Origin: Antedon mediterranea
Taxonomy: Eukaryota > Animalia > Echinodermata
Reading direction: 5' to 3'
Length of the DNA stretch: 64,000 nucleotides
NCBI RefSeq assembly: GCF_964355755.1
Contig: NC_092676.1
Location: forward strand, 5,185,888-5,249,887
A program made the position numbers and the translations under genes. How positions within the stretch are numbered: position 1 is the first letter of the stretch; the number at the start of each line of letters is the position of its first letter. Positions 1 to 14,160 of this stretch are shown one piece after another. A model generated the notes under the pieces. The model saw nothing but the letters and a program-made list of their open reading frames with translations. It was not told the DNA's origin and made no database searches.

Positions 1-231
1 TGCAACTTAAGTTTATAAGGAAATGTACAATTAAATTGAGGCATTATATTTAGTTATGACACTTTAAATATTTTAGGATTGTGCTGTTTAGGATGAAAGT
101 ATTTGTAGTGTTTGGAATCCCTTGTAAAAGCCTGATTGTTGTTGGTAAATAATAGTTGTCAGTGTTGTCAATATAGATTATTCTTGTAGTATTAAAGATG
201 TTTAAAAATATTTGGGAACTGGAATGTCAAA

Positions 232-748
232 ATTGGCTCAACTATGAACTGAACGTACCCTTTAAATAATCTCAGCTATAAAGTGAACCTAACCGTCTTA
301 ATGATCTAAACTATGAACTGAACCCTCTATATAATCTCAACTATCAACTGAACTTAACACTGTAATAGTTTTTTGGTTTGTTCCTTAATAATCTCAACTA
401 TGAACTGAACGTACCGTTTAAATAATCTCAGCTATGAAGTGAACCTAACCGTCTTAATGATCTAAACTATGAACTGAACCCTCTATATAATCTCAACTAT
501 CAACTGAACCTAACACTGTAAATAATAGCAACTATGAACTGAACCTCACCCTCTAAATAATCTGAAACATCAACTGAACCTCACCCTCCAAATAATCTAA
601 ACTATGAACTGAACCTAACCCTTTAAATAATCTCCACTATGAACTGAACCTTACCATTTAGAAAACCTCCACTGTGTCAACTAAACCTTCTTTAAGTATC
701 CTAACCTTCTAAATAATCTGAACTTAGAACTTACCCTTTAAATAATCA
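232..748. repeat. Degenerate ~33-bp minisatellite
   Basis: Recurring aataatctcaactatgaactgaacct(a/c)accc motif. Confidence 0.8.
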
Positions 749-3700
749 TGTAAAACGCCTGACGTGTATACCCTTTAAAAAAAACATTAATCCTGACATA
801 AACCGCCAAGATCTAACCACCCTCATGTGAACCGCCTGACATGTATACCCATAAAAAAAACATCACTCCAGATGTAAACCGCCAAGATGTGACCACCTCA
901 TGTAAAATGCCTGACGTGTATAACCTAAAACAAAACATCACTCCAGATGTTAACCGCCAAGATCTAACCACCATAATGTAAAACGCCTGACGTGTATAAC
1001 CTAAAAAAAAAAACACTTCAGATGCAAACCACCAAGATCTGACCACCCTAACTGATCATGTAAAAAACGCCTGACGTGTATAACCTAAAAAAAAAAAAAA
1101 ACATCACTCCAGATGTAAACCGCCAAGATGTAAAACGCCTGATGTGTAGAACCTTAAAAAAAACCATCACTCCAGATGTAAACCGCCAAGATCTAACCAC
1201 CGTCATGTGAAACGCCTGACGTGTATACCCATAAAAAAAAACATCACTCCAGATGTAAACTTCCAAGGTCTGACCACCCTCATCTAAAACCCCTGACATG
1301 TATACCCTAAAAAACATCACTCCAGATGTAAACCGCCAAGATCTGACCACCCACATGTGAAACGCCTAATGTGTATAACCTAAAAAAAAAAACAATCCAG
1401 ATGTAAACCGCCAAGAACACCCTCAGGTAAAACGCCTGACGTGTATAACCTAAAAAAAAAGTCACTCCAGTGTAAACCGCCAAGATGTAAAACGCTCCTG
1501 ACATAAACCGCCAAGATCTAACCACCCTCATTTGAAATGCCTGATGTGTATACCTTTAAAAAAAAACATCACTCCATATGTAAATATTTAGTTATGCCAT
1601 TTAAATATTTTAGGATTGTGCTGTTTAAGATGAAAGTATTTGTAGTGTTCGGAATCCATTGTAAAAGCCTGATTGTTGTTGGTAAATAATAGTTGTTGTT
1701 GTCAATATGGATTATATTGTAGTATTAAAGATGTTTAAAAATATTTGGGAACTGGAATGTCAAAAATGGCTATATAGTTTTCTGGTTTGTTCCTTAATAA
1801 TCTCAACTATGATGTTGTAAACCGCCAAGATCTGAACAGCCTCATGTAAAACGCCTGACGTGTATAACCTATAAAAAAAAAATCACTCCAGTGTAAACCG
1901 CCAAGATGTAAAACGCTCCTGACATAAACCGCTAAGATCTAACCACCCTCATGTGAAATGCCTGACGTGTATACCCATAAAAAAAAAACATCACTTCAGA
2001 TGTAAACCGCCAAGATCTAACCACACTCGTATAAAATGCCTGACATGTATACCTTTAAAAAAAAACATCACTCCTGATGTAAACTGCCGAAATGGATCCA
2101 CCCTCATGTAAAACGCCTCACGTGCATACCCTTAAAAAAAACATTACTGCTGATCTAAACCGGCAAGATCTAACCACCCTCATGTGAAACGCCTGACGTG
2201 TATAACCTAAAAAAAAACATCACTCCAGATGTAAACCGCCAAGATCTAACCACCCTCATGTGAAACGCCTGAGGTGTATAACCTAAAAAAAAACATCACT
2301 CCAGATGTAAACCGCCAAGATTTAACCACCCTCATGTAAAACGCCTGACGTGTATACCTTTAAAAAAAAACATTAATCCTGACATAAACCGCCAAGATCT
2401 AACCACCCTCATGTGAAACGCCTGACGTGTATACCCATAAAAAAAACATCACTCCTGATGTAAACCGCCAAGATCTGAACACCCTCATGTAAATCGCTTG
2501 ACGTGTATAACCTAAAAAAAACATCACTCCAGATGTAAACCGCCAAGATCTAACGACCCTCATGTAAAACGACTGACGTGTATAACCTAAAAAAAAACAT
2601 CACTCCAGATGTAAACCGCCAAGATCTAACCACCCTCATGTAAAACGCCTGACGTGTATAACCTAAAAAAAAACATCACTCCAGATGTAAACTGCCAAGA
2701 TCTAACCACCCTCATGTAAAACGCCTGACGTGTATAACCTAAAAAAAACATCACTCCAGATGTAAACCGCCAAGATCTGACCACCCTCATGTAAAACGCC
2801 TGACGTGTATAGGCCTACCCTTAAAAAAAACATTAAAGCTGACATAAACCGCCAAGATCTAACCACCTTCATGTGAAACGCCTGACCTGTATACCCATAA
2901 AAAAAACATCACTCCAGATGTAAACCGCTAAGATCTGACCACCCTCATGTGAAACGCCTGACGTGTATAGGCCTACCCTTAAAAAAACATTAATCCTGAC
3001 ATAAACCGCCAAGATCTAACCACCTTCATGTGAAACGCCTGACCTGTATACCCATAAAAAAAACATCACTCCAGATGTAAACCGCCAAGATCTGACCACT
3101 CTCATGTAAAACGCCTGATGCGTATAACCTTAAAAAAAACATCACTCCATATTGAAACCGCCAAGATCTGACCACGCACTTTCATGTAAAACGCCTGACG
3201 TGTATAACCTAAAAAAAAACATCACTCCAGATGTAAACCGCCAAGATTTAACCACCCTCATGTAAAACGCCTGACGTGTATACCTTTAAAAAAAAACATT
3301 AATCCTGACATAAACCGTCAAGATCTAACCACCCTCATGTGAAACGCCTGACGTGTATACCCATAAAAAAAACATCACTCCTGATGTAAACCGCTAAGAT
3401 CTGAACACCCTCATGTAAATCGCCTGACGTGTATAACCTAAAAAAAAACATCACTCCAGATGTAAACCGCCAAGATCTAACCACCCTCATGTAAAACGCC
3501 TGACGTGTATAACCTAAAAAAAAAACATCACTCCAGATGTAAACTGCCAAGATCTAACCACCCTCATGTAAAACGCCTGACGTGTATAACCTAAAAAAAA
3601 CATCACTCCAGATGTAAACCGCCAAGATCTGACCACCCTCATGTAAAACGCCTGACGTGTATAGGCCTACCCTTAAAAAAAACATTAATCCTGACATAAA

Positions 3701-6297
3701 CCGCCAAGATCTAACCACCTTCATGTGAAACGCCTGACCTGTATACCCATAAAAAAAACATCACTCCAGATGTAAACCGCTAAGATCTGACCACCCTCAT
3801 GTGAAACGCCTGACGTGTATAACCTAACAAAAAAAAACATCACTCCAGATGAAAACCGCAAAGATGTAAAACGCCTGACGTGTATAACCTTAAAAAAAAC
3901 ATCACTCCAGATGTAAACCGCCAAGATCTAACCACCATCATGTGAAACGCCTGACGTGTATACCCATAAAAAAAACATCACTCCAGATGTAAACTGCCAA
4001 GATCTGACCACTCTCATGTAAAACGCCTGACGTGTATACCCATAAAAAAAACATCACTCCAGATTTAAACCGCTAAGATCTGACCACCCTCATGTGAAAC
4101 GCCTGACGTGTATAGGCCTACCCTTAAAAAAACATTAATCCTGACATAAACCGCCAAGATCTAACCACCTTCATGTGAAACGCCTGACCTGTATACCCAT
4201 AAAAAAAACATCACTCCAGATGTAAACCGCCAAGATCTGACCACTCTCATGTAAAACGCCTGATGCGTATAACCTTAAAAAAAACATCACTCCAGATGTA
4301 AACCGCCAAGATTTAACCACCCTCATGTAAAACGCCTGACGTGTATACCTTTAAAAAAAACCATTAATCCTGACATAAACCGCCAAGATCTAACCACCCT
4401 CATGTGAAACGCCTGACGTGTATACCCATAAAAAAAACATCACTCCTGATGTAAACCGCTAAGATCTGAACACCCTCATGTAAATCGCCTGACGTGTATA
4501 ACCTAAAAAAAAACATCACTCCAGATGTAAACCGCCAAGATCTAACCACCCTCATGTAAAACGCCTGACGTGTATAACCTAAAAAAAAAACATCACTCCA
4601 GATGTAAACTGCCAAGATCTAACCACCCTCATGTAAAACGCCTGACGTGTATAACCTAAAAAAAACATCACTCCAGATGTAAACCGCCAAGATCTGACCA
4701 CCCTCATGTAAAACGCCTGACGTGTATAGGCCTACCCTTAAAAAAAAACATTAATCCTGACATAAACCGCCAAGATCTAACCACCTTCATGTGAAACGCC
4801 TGACCTGTATACCCATAAAAAAAACATCACTCCAGATGTAAACCGCTAAGATCTGACCACCCTCATGTGAAACGCCTGACGTGTATAACCTAACAAAAAA
4901 AAACATCACTCCAGATGAAAACCGCAAAGATGTAAAACGCCTGACGTGTATAACCTTAAAAAAAACATCACTCCAGATGTAAACCGCCAAGATCTAACCA
5001 CCATCATGTGAAACGCCTGACGTGTATACCCATAAAAAAAACATCACTCCAGATGTAAACTGCCAAGATCTGACCACTCTCATGTAAAACGCCTGACGTG
5101 TATAACCAAAAAAAAAACATCACTCCAGATGTAAACCGCCAAGATTTAACCACCCTCATGTAAAACGCCTGACGTGTATACCTTTAAAAAAACCCATTAA
5201 TCCTGACATAAACCGCCAAGATCTAACCACCCTCATGTGAAACGCCTGACGTGTATACCCATAAAAAAAACATCACTCCTGATGTAAACCGCCAAGATCT
5301 AACGACCCTCATGTAAAACGCCTGACGTGTATAACCTAAAAAAAAACATCACTCCAGATGTAAACCGCCAAGATCTAACCACCCTCATGTAAAACGCCTG
5401 ACGTGTATAACCTAAAAAAAAACATCACTCCAGATGTAAACTGCCAAGATCTAACCACCCTCATGTAAAACGCCTGACGTGTATAACCTAAAAAAAAAAT
5501 CACTCCAGATGTAAACCGCCAAGATCTGACCACCCTCATGTAAAACGCCTGACCTGTATACCCATAAAAAAAACATCACTCCAGATGTAAACAGCTAAGA
5601 TCGACCCCCCTCATGTGAAATGCCTGACGTGAATAACCTAAAAAAAAAAACATCACTCCAGATGTAATTCGCCAAGATGTAAAACGCCTGACGTGTATAC
5701 CCTAAAAAAAATATCACTCCAGATGTAAACCGCCAAGATCTGACCACCCTCATGTAAAACGCCTGACGTGTATACCCTTAAAAAAAACATCAATCCAGAT
5801 GTAAACCGGCAAGATCTGAACACCCTCATGTAAAACGCCTAACGTGAATAACCTAAAAAAAACCATCACTCCAGATGTAATTCGCCAAGATGTAAAACGG
5901 CTGACGTGTATACCCTAAAAAAAACATCACTCCAGATGTAAACCGCCAAGATCTGACCACCCTCATGTGAAACGCATGACGTGTATAACCTAAAAAAAAA
6001 AACATCACTCCATGTGTAAACCGCCAAGATCTAACCACCCTCATGTAAAACGCCTGACGTGTATAACCTAAAAAAAACATCACTCCAGATGTAAACCGCC
6101 AAGATGTAAAATGCCTGACGTGTATAACCTTAAAAAAAAATCACTCCAGATGTAAACCGCCAAGATCTAACCACCATCATGTGAAACGCCTGACGTGTAT
6201 ACCCATAAAAAAAACATCACTCCAGATGTAAACCGCCAAGATCTGACCACCCTCATGTAAAACGCCTGACGTGTATACCCTAAAAAAAACATCACTA
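748..6297. repeat. ~76-bp satellite array with a ~1065-bp higher-order repeat
   Basis: Unit catgtaaaacgcctgacgtgtataacct(a)ncatcactccagatgtaaaccgccaagatctaaccaccct (e.g. 2561 to 2637 = 76 bp). Identical translated blocks 3335-3550/4400-4615 and 3721-3924/4787-4990 give the higher-order period. Interrupted at ~1585-1812. Confidence 0.95.
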
Positions 6298-6837
6298 AAA
6301 TGCCTCTTTATTAAAAAAATTTGTGTACAAAAGAATTTAGAGATTTTACTGTGTAATTTGAACTATCCCCCACTGATAAGAAAGTGGTTATTTTCAACAA
6401 GCTTGTGTAACACAAAGAAAATCCCAAAAATTATGAAACATAGGGGAAACTATAGGTCGATGATTATTGGAATGTATGATCAATAGAAATTTCTTGCCCG
6501 CACCTGGCCTTTAAGTATACACAGTTTAAGTGTAGCATTGTGTAATTGTTATATTATTTGGCTTTAACTATGGTATGGTGTAGTTGAAATATAGCAACTA
6601 TAGCAGCTATAGCTGAGGTTTCAGGCAAGTGACCAATGTGTCACAGTAGGATAGTGATATAACAGCTATCCCAAGGCTATTTGCAGCCTGTTTTGTATAG
6701 ATGATGTGAAGCAATTGCAGAGGTATTTGTTTGCTGTTTATAATACCAAAGCTATCCCAAGGCTATTTTCAGCCTGGCTATATCAATTATAGCAACTGCA
6801 AGTTATTTCCATGTTATTTATGTTGTATAAAATACAG

Positions 6838-8078
6838 CACTTACACAGCTATTTAATTGCTATTATTTGCTATTATTGCTGTATCAGGTATAGCAATTAT
6901 ACAGCTATTTGTTTGCTATTATTTGCTATTATTGCTGTATCAGGTATAGCAATTACACAGCTATTTGTTTGCTATTAATTGCTATTATTGCTGTATCAAG
7001 TATAGCAATTATACAGCTATTTGTTTGCTATTATTTGCTATTATTGCTGTATCAAGTATAGCAATTATACAGCTATTTGTTTGCTATTATTTGCTATTAT
7101 TGCTGTATCAGGTATAGCAATTATACAGCTATTTGTTTGCTATGATTGCTGTATCAGGTATAGCAACTATAGCAGCTATAGCTGAGGTTTCAGGCAAGTG
7201 ACCAATGTGTCACAGTAGGATAGTGATAGAACAGCAATAGCAATTACACAGCTATTTGTTTGCTATTATTTGCTGTTATTGCTGTATCAGGTATAGCAAT
7301 TAAACAGCTATTTGTTTGCTATTATTGCTGTATCAGGTATAGCAATTATACAGGTATTTGTTTGCTATTAGTTGCTATTTTTGCAATATACACAGCTATT
7401 TGTTTGCTATTAATTGCTATTATTGCTGTATCAGGTATAGCAATTACACAGCTATTTGTTTGCTATTATTTGCTATTATTGCTGTATCAGGTATAGCAAT
7501 TACACAGCTATTTGTTTGCTATTATTTGCTATTATTGCTGTATCAGGTATAGCAATTACACAGCTATTTGTTTGCTATTAATTGCTATTATTGCTGTATC
7601 AGGTATAGCAATTATACAGGTATTTGTTTGCTATTAGTTGCTATTTTTGCAATATACACAGCTATTTGTTTGCTATTAATTGCTATTATTGCTGTATCAG
7701 GTATAGCAATTACACAGCTATTTGTTTGCTATTATTTGCTATTATTGCTGTAAAAGGTATAGCAATTACACAGCTATTTGTTTGCTATTATTTCCTATTA
7801 TTGCTGTATCAGGTATAGCAATTACACAGTTATTTGTTTGCTATTATTTGCTATTATTGCTGTATCAGGTATAGCAATTACACAGCTATTTGGTTGCTAT
7901 TATTTGCTATTATTGCTGTATCAGGTATAGCAATTACACAGCTATTTCATTGCTATTATTTGCTATTATTGCTGTAAAAGGTATAGCAATTACACAGCTA
8001 TTTGTTTGCTATTAATTGCTATTATTGCTGTATCAGGTATAGCATTTACACAGCTATTTGTTTGCTATTTATTGCTAT
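6838..8078. repeat. ~56-bp minisatellite
   Basis: Unit gctatttgtttgctattatttgctattattgctgtatcaggtatagcaattacaca repeated about 20 times. A copy of ~6590-6665 is embedded at ~7160-7235. Confidence 0.93.
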
Positions 8079-8446
8079 GACCAATCCTGCGCCTTAGTGG
8101 GCCTAGCTAGATACTACCTAGGGCCTAGTACCATTTTGGTACAGTAGGCCAGGGTGCTCCAATGCGATCTAGGCCTAGTAGGTAGGTCTATCCTAGCTAC
8201 CCTACTATAATAATAGGCTCTAGGCCTAGGCCTCTAGCCTAAGGTAGACAGAATCTAATTAGTTTTCTTGGCTAGGTTGAAGCCCAACAACAAAAAGACC
8301 TCAATAAATCGATTCTGTGAATATGTTGAGCATGAAATAGACTATGCGTCGCAACGCAAAGTTAATTTTTATAATGTGAACCGGGATGTGAACAATAAAG
8401 AAATACAATTTTGTGTAATTTTTCATGTAATAATAGTTTAATACAG

Positions 8447-9513
8447 GGGTGTCACGAAAGCTCAGACCACGAAAGCTCAGACCCCCTAAGACCTAAGATC
8501 ACGAAAGCTAAGACCCAACACCTAAGATTACAAATATTTATCTTTCGCACCTGCCTTGTATTTTAACTCCCAACATTTATTCTGAATACCAAACCTTAGA
8601 ATTGGCACTTTCATGAAAAAGAATCACATAAAAAGTAACAAATACATTTTTAAATTGATGATTTTACAGACGTTTTTCTCGCACACAAAATGACTAGCCT
8701 ACACAGTACAGTAGGCCTACCCCATGGGCCATGTTCAATGTTTTTGTTTCTATGGAACGTCAAAAGAGCAAAAATTATATAGAGGGCTGAAAACTCTGTG
8801 GAGTCCATCTACAGTGTGGATGGAACAATGTAAAATTAAAATTGTAATGATAATAGTATAATCATGCAAGTACGAAGAAATAAATACTGGCAAATAAATT
8901 TTAACTTAAAAGTTTTTTTGTTTCGTTTTCTTTCTGTTTTTATACTTGTACTATTATTGTTGCTCTTTTGGCGCTCCATAGAAACAAAAACATTGAGCGG
9001 GGAGCTCGAGGAGTTACATTACAGTATACAAAGAAACACGCCTGTAAAATCATCAATTTAAAGGATTTATTTATTTGTTATGTGTTTCTCCTTCTGAAAG
9101 TACTTATAAGTCCTAATTTTAAAGTGTGGTGTTCAGGATAAAGTTAGTCAACAAATTTGGAGTCAAAATACAAGAAAGGCAGGTGCGTAAGAAAAACATC
9201 CTCTGAAGCAACACAATGGAGTAAATATATACCAACAAACAACCCGTCAAGTTTGTTTGTTGTAAAGAAAAAATATACATTTACTCAACGGGCGAAAATA
9301 ATGTGAGTTTATCTATGTTTTGCGGTAGTATTAAATTATATTTATGGTAATAAATGAAACCTACTGTGTTTAAAATTATGTATGGATAAACAAGTATTGT
9401 TTTTAAGCTGTAGTATATCTTAGTATTTGTAATCTTAGGTGTTGGGTCTTAGCTTTCGTGATCTTAGGTCTTAGGGGGTCTGAGCTTTCGTGGTCTGAGC
9501 TTTCGTGACACCC
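8447..9513. mobile_element. Non-autonomous Mutator-like (MULE) foldback element
   Basis: ~90-bp TIRs GGGTGTCACGAAAGCTCAGACC... / ...GGTCTGAGCTTTCGTGACACCC. Perfect 10-bp TSD TTTAATACAG at 8437-8446 and 9514-9523. Further imperfect inverted repeats at ~8540-9195. Confidence 0.88.
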
Positions 9514-10189
9514 TTTAATACAGTTTGTATGTAAATGTGTAGCAATTCTCGAGCGTTTAGATTAGTGCGCCCTCTATTGTACAAAATGCCTGAATTCATT
9601 TATATGGCGGCCCTGCTATCACGGTGCGATAATAAGAGTGGGCTAGTAAAATAATGTATGGGCTAGTGAAATCTACAGTGAACTAGCCCAGTGGGCTAGC
9701 AATATGAAAAAGATAAATCGAGCCCTGAAAAGTATTTCCGTTTTGGATGAACGCCAAAACTTTGATTACCAATTGCGTAACTGACAATTGGTGGTGGACA
9801 TGCGAACACCATTTGAAGACAATATGTTCCGCCATTGATTACAATTTTATAGAGGCGGAGGCCTACTAATTTATTAGAACATTACGTCGCGATGTTGCAC
9901 CTCTTCATTTGATAAATTGTTATTTTTGCGGGAACGCATCCTAGTGCGGCGTCCTTTAGCTGCTTCATGTGTGAAGATGAAAACTTTGAGTAATGGCAGT
10001 TATCATTACACTTTCAGTTAAACGTATATGCTGCTAAGGTAAAACATTGTCTTTTCACACCTCTTTGGAAATACTCCTTCAGATCGGTCGGTCTATAAAA
10101 ATGGAGCGCGCGGTAGCAAGGACTTTGCATGCAAAGTCTGTGTGAGTGTATTGACTGTATGCCAATGTGATATACTGTATATGCCTGGT

Positions 10190-11795
10190 AGGGTTCTAGG
10201 ACACCTACCCCCTAGACAGTTACCCCCCGGATGTTTACCACCCGGACAACTACCCCCCGGACAACTACCCCCTTAGGACAACTACCCCCTTAGGATAACA
10301 ACCCCCTGGACAACTACCCCCCGGACAACCACCCCTTAGGACAACTCCCCCTTAGGATAACTACCCCCCGGTCAACTACCCCCCCCCCCCCCCCCCAATC
10401 CAAAAGTAGACAAATAATAGGACCGGTTTCTGTAAAAATGAAATCATCTGTTTTTAACGGGTGTTTCGAAACTAGTATACTAGTGTTTCGAAACGCAAAC
10501 TAGTATTAGGGAGACCCTAACATACGAAAAGGGAGACCTAAATATACGAAACGGGAGACCTATATTTGGGTCTCCCTTTTCGTATATTAGGGTCTCCCTT
10601 TTCGTATAGTGTGGTCTCTCTTTTCGTATAGTGGGGTCTCCCTTTTCTTATAGTGGGTCTCCCTTTTCGTATATTTGGGTCTCCCATTTTGTATATTTGG
10701 GTCTCCCTTTTCGTATATTTGGGCCTCCCTTTTCGTATATTTAGGTCTCCCTTTTCGTGTTGTGGGGTCTCCCTTTTCGTATAGTGGGGTCTCCCTTTTC
10801 GTACGTGCGTCTCTCTTTTCGTATATTTAGGTCTCCCTTTTCGTATTGGGTCTCGGGTCTCTAGTTTCGAAACACTCATTTTTAACCGATTATTCTGTTT
10901 AACAGCACGCTAGACCTTAGATGTGCTAGATTTAAAGTACCGTATTTATTGAAAAAACGGCCTGGGCTGTTTATTGTTTAGGTGGTTTTGGGGTGGACAT
11001 TTATTGGAAGAAAGTTGTTTATTCAATGGGAGGGGGTATAATCTAATGGAAATAGACGCCGATTGTTCCATATGATGTTTCATGGGAGTGACATGGTCAC
11101 CGTTTATTTGAGGGGAATTTATTTAAAGATCGACGTTTATTCGGTGAGTGAACATTGAGGTCAAATTTCAAAAGTGATATTATTCTTCAAGTGTACAAAA
11201 ATACATATATGACAAATTTGAGACAAAAAGTAATTCTTTTAAGACCAGTGGTTATCGAAGCATTGTCCTGACGCAAAAATTATTATTATTATTAGCGAAC
11301 CAAGTCTTTACAGTAAATACAGGGAGTACTATATAATACGTTCGATCGACTATCCTATGATCATGTGTGACAATCTTCAGTTTATACCAGGCTATATTTA
11401 TGTTCAATCTTTTACTTTTGTTTACAATAATGAATAGTAATTCGTCAAAGTAACGAATTAAAATATAGTTATTAATTCCTATTATACACTGTTGCAGAGT
11501 CAGGTTGTTGAATGGTCTGGGTGGTTAGGGTGTTCTAAAGGGATAGTTTTCTGGGTGGTAATTGTCCGGGAGGTAATTGTTCCTAGGGGGTAATTGTCCG
11601 GGGGGGGTAGTTGTCCAGGGGGTAGTTGTCCTAAGGGGGTTGTTGTCCTAAGGGGGTAGTTTTCCGGGGGGTATTTGTCCGGGGGGTAGTTGTCCTAAAG
11701 AGGTAGTTGTCCTAAGGGGGTAGTGGTCCAGGTGGTGGTTGTCCGGCGGGTAGTTGTCCGGGGGGTAAATGTCCAGGGGGTGAATATCCGGATAC
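10190..11795. mobile_element. Degenerate TIR element with GGACAACTACCCCC subterminal repeat arrays (MULE-like)
   Basis: Array of ggacaactaccccc at ~10200-10380 and its reverse complement gggggtagttgtcc at ~11555-11780. Exact ends and TSD not resolved. Confidence 0.65.
10459..10877. mobile_element. MITE nested in the previous element, with internal ~22-bp repeats
   Basis: TIR GGGTGTTTCGAAACTAG / CTAGTTTCGAAACACTC. 9-bp TSD gtttttaac / atttttaac (1 mismatch). Internal gggtctcccttttcgtatattt repeats occur in both orientations. Confidence 0.75.
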
Positions 11796-11917
11796 GGATA
11801 ACGACGTACAATATAGTGATGGTATGGATTTGGTTATTGATAACGATAATTGATTATGTAATAACGACGTTGAACGATATTGATGGTATACGGATTGGTG
11901 ACATTGATTTCAATACA

Positions 11918-12236
11918 GTTAGTTCATTGTGCGCATGCGGGCATATTGTGACGTGTGTCCTCGCTCCCCACCACGACAATGTTTGATGGTTACTAGTTCC
12001 AGGTGACGACCACCGGCGACCAAAACTACGTCATGTTAGTTCATTGTGCACATGCGGGGATATTGGGACGCGTGTCATCACTCCCCACCTACCTCGACAA
12101 TTTTTGATGGTTAGTAGTTCCATGCGATGACCGGCGACCAAACTACGTCATGTTAGTTCATTGTGCGCATGCGGGGATATTGGGACGCGTGTCCTTGCTC
12201 CCCACCTCGACAATGTTTGATGGTTAATAGTTCCAG
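11918..12236. repeat. ~117-bp tandem repeat, about 3 copies
   Basis: gttagttcattgtgc(g/a)catgcggg... recurs at 11918, 12035 and 12152. Confidence 0.85.
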
Positions 12237-12764
12237 AAAACGACACAGCGATTGACCTGGCCTAGATTGGTCGTTGTCGGTCGTCTCAAATCGAAGATCC
12301 CTATTGACAACGATACTTGGTGACGATCAGTAGGTCCCACTGATGATTATGATGATAAACAATTATGATGATGAATTTATGAAAAAATCTCTGATTCATA
12401 GACTTTCAACTTGTGTTAATGAAACAGTACAAAAGTGAATATTGTGTTTGTTTAATATTGACAAATGTTTCGTTATTATTGTAGGAGATGATAATATACG
12501 TCGAATAAGCACATATTTCGCACGTGAAGGATATTCTTGGCAGCCATCCAATTATCCAGTGCAAGATGAAATACGACGTTCGTCAGATCCTAGACTCCGC
12601 CCTAAACAAACGCATTACATTTACAATTACATTAAGTTTCCGAAACCCCCGTTCGTAAACGTGAAATACAAATAGTCTCCCTCTTGTCAAATATTTCAAC
12701 CAACTTTGGTTAAAAAATGATATAAATTTCAAAAGATTATAGGTCCTAGCCTGGCCGCAGCCTG

Positions 12765-14160
12765 GCCAGGACGCGATTTTTTTTTTCGTACATAAGTTGG
12801 GGACCCCCTCATGAAACGTCACAAAATAAACATGAATAATTCATCAGTTAAATGTTCTTGTTCCGTGTGCACCCAAGCGTATAGCAACAAGAAGTGATTA
12901 CACAAGTGCGGCGGTACGATTCTAGGCCTATCTCCGCGCTGTTGTTGCGGCGTGGGATTTCATAGAAGAATAGCGGCGTTTTGTGTGGATTGTCGAAATA
13001 ATCAGCCTTTAGTTTATGATAGTGTTTTTAATATAATGTATTACTAAAGAATTACGTGTTAAAATTATAGTTTCTATTATACTATTAGGCCTAGGCCTAA
13101 TTATTAGTCTCTAAACATAATGTCTATTCTAGTAGAGCTGTGTGTGTTTGTGTGTGTTATAGGTATGACACAATCCGAGTAATACGGTCAGCAAAATTAA
13201 ACAATAAACATTACACAAAAATACATTTTTTATTCTCGTGGGTCTAATCTTCCCATCTCATGTGTTCATATACGCGCATTTTTAAAGTTCCTTTGAGTAC
13301 ATGCATTGTTAATAAAATCATCAGTTAAATTTTCTTGTTCCGTGTGCACCCAAGCGTATAGCAACAAGAAGTGATTACACAAGGTACGATTCTAGGCCTA
13401 TCTCCGCTGTTGTTGTTGCGGCGTGCGATAGCGGCGTTTTGTGTGGATTGTCGAAATAATCAGCCTTTAGTTTATGGTGTTTTTAATATAATTTATTACT
13501 AAAGAATTACGTGTTAAAATTATAGTTTCTATTAATACTATTAGGCCTAATTATTAGTCTCTAAACCCATGTCTATTCTAGTAGTAGCTGTGGGTGTGTG
13601 TGACGTGTGTGTGTTAGGTATGACCAAAGATAGATTTATCTTTGGTATGACACAATCCGAGTAATAAGTCAGCAAAATTAAACAATAAATTACACAAAAA
13701 TACATTTTTTATTCTCGTGGGTCAAATCTTCCCATCTCATGTGTTCATATACGCGCATTTTTAAAGTTCCTTTGAGTACATCATGCATATTGTTTGATAA
13801 TAAAATAGCAGAATTAAAAAAATACAGTACAAAAATTATACACATTCTTTATTCTTGTGGGTCTAAGATTTCTTTGGGCTATGTCCAATGAATTACTACT
13901 TAGTTTAATGTCTTGCCTAGCTGTCGATTAGCCTCGACTCGACACATTTTGTGTGAAGAAGAGTGCGCGAAGGCAATCACGTTAGAATCCTAGGCCTACG
14001 TAGGTATCGTATCGCAGTTGTGTAATCACTTCTTGTTGCTATACGCTTGGGTGTGCCCACGGAACAACAAATTTAACTGATGAATTATTCATGTTTATTT
14101 TGTGACGTTTCATGAGGGGGGTCCCCAACTTATGTACGAAAAAAAAAATCGCGGCCAGGA
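12765..14160. mobile_element. Long-TIR non-autonomous DNA transposon with an internal ~480-bp tandem duplication
   Basis: ~135-bp inverted repeats (cgcgattttttttcgtacataagttggggacccc... at ~12772-12905; reverse complement at ~14018-14152). Internal block ~12840-13315 is repeated at ~13318-13800. Related ends at 14160-14450 and a partial copy at ~39486-40145. Superfamily not determined. Confidence 0.75.

Noticed and set aside
813-7818. Many short ORFs in the 76-bp and 56-bp arrays
   Set aside because: They are translations of satellite monomers, broken by variable A-runs, with no splice or domain evidence.
10538-10879. 113-aa basic repetitive ORF (RKGRP repeats)
   Set aside because: It is the translation of the internal 22-bp repeats of a MITE bounded by TIRs and a TSD.
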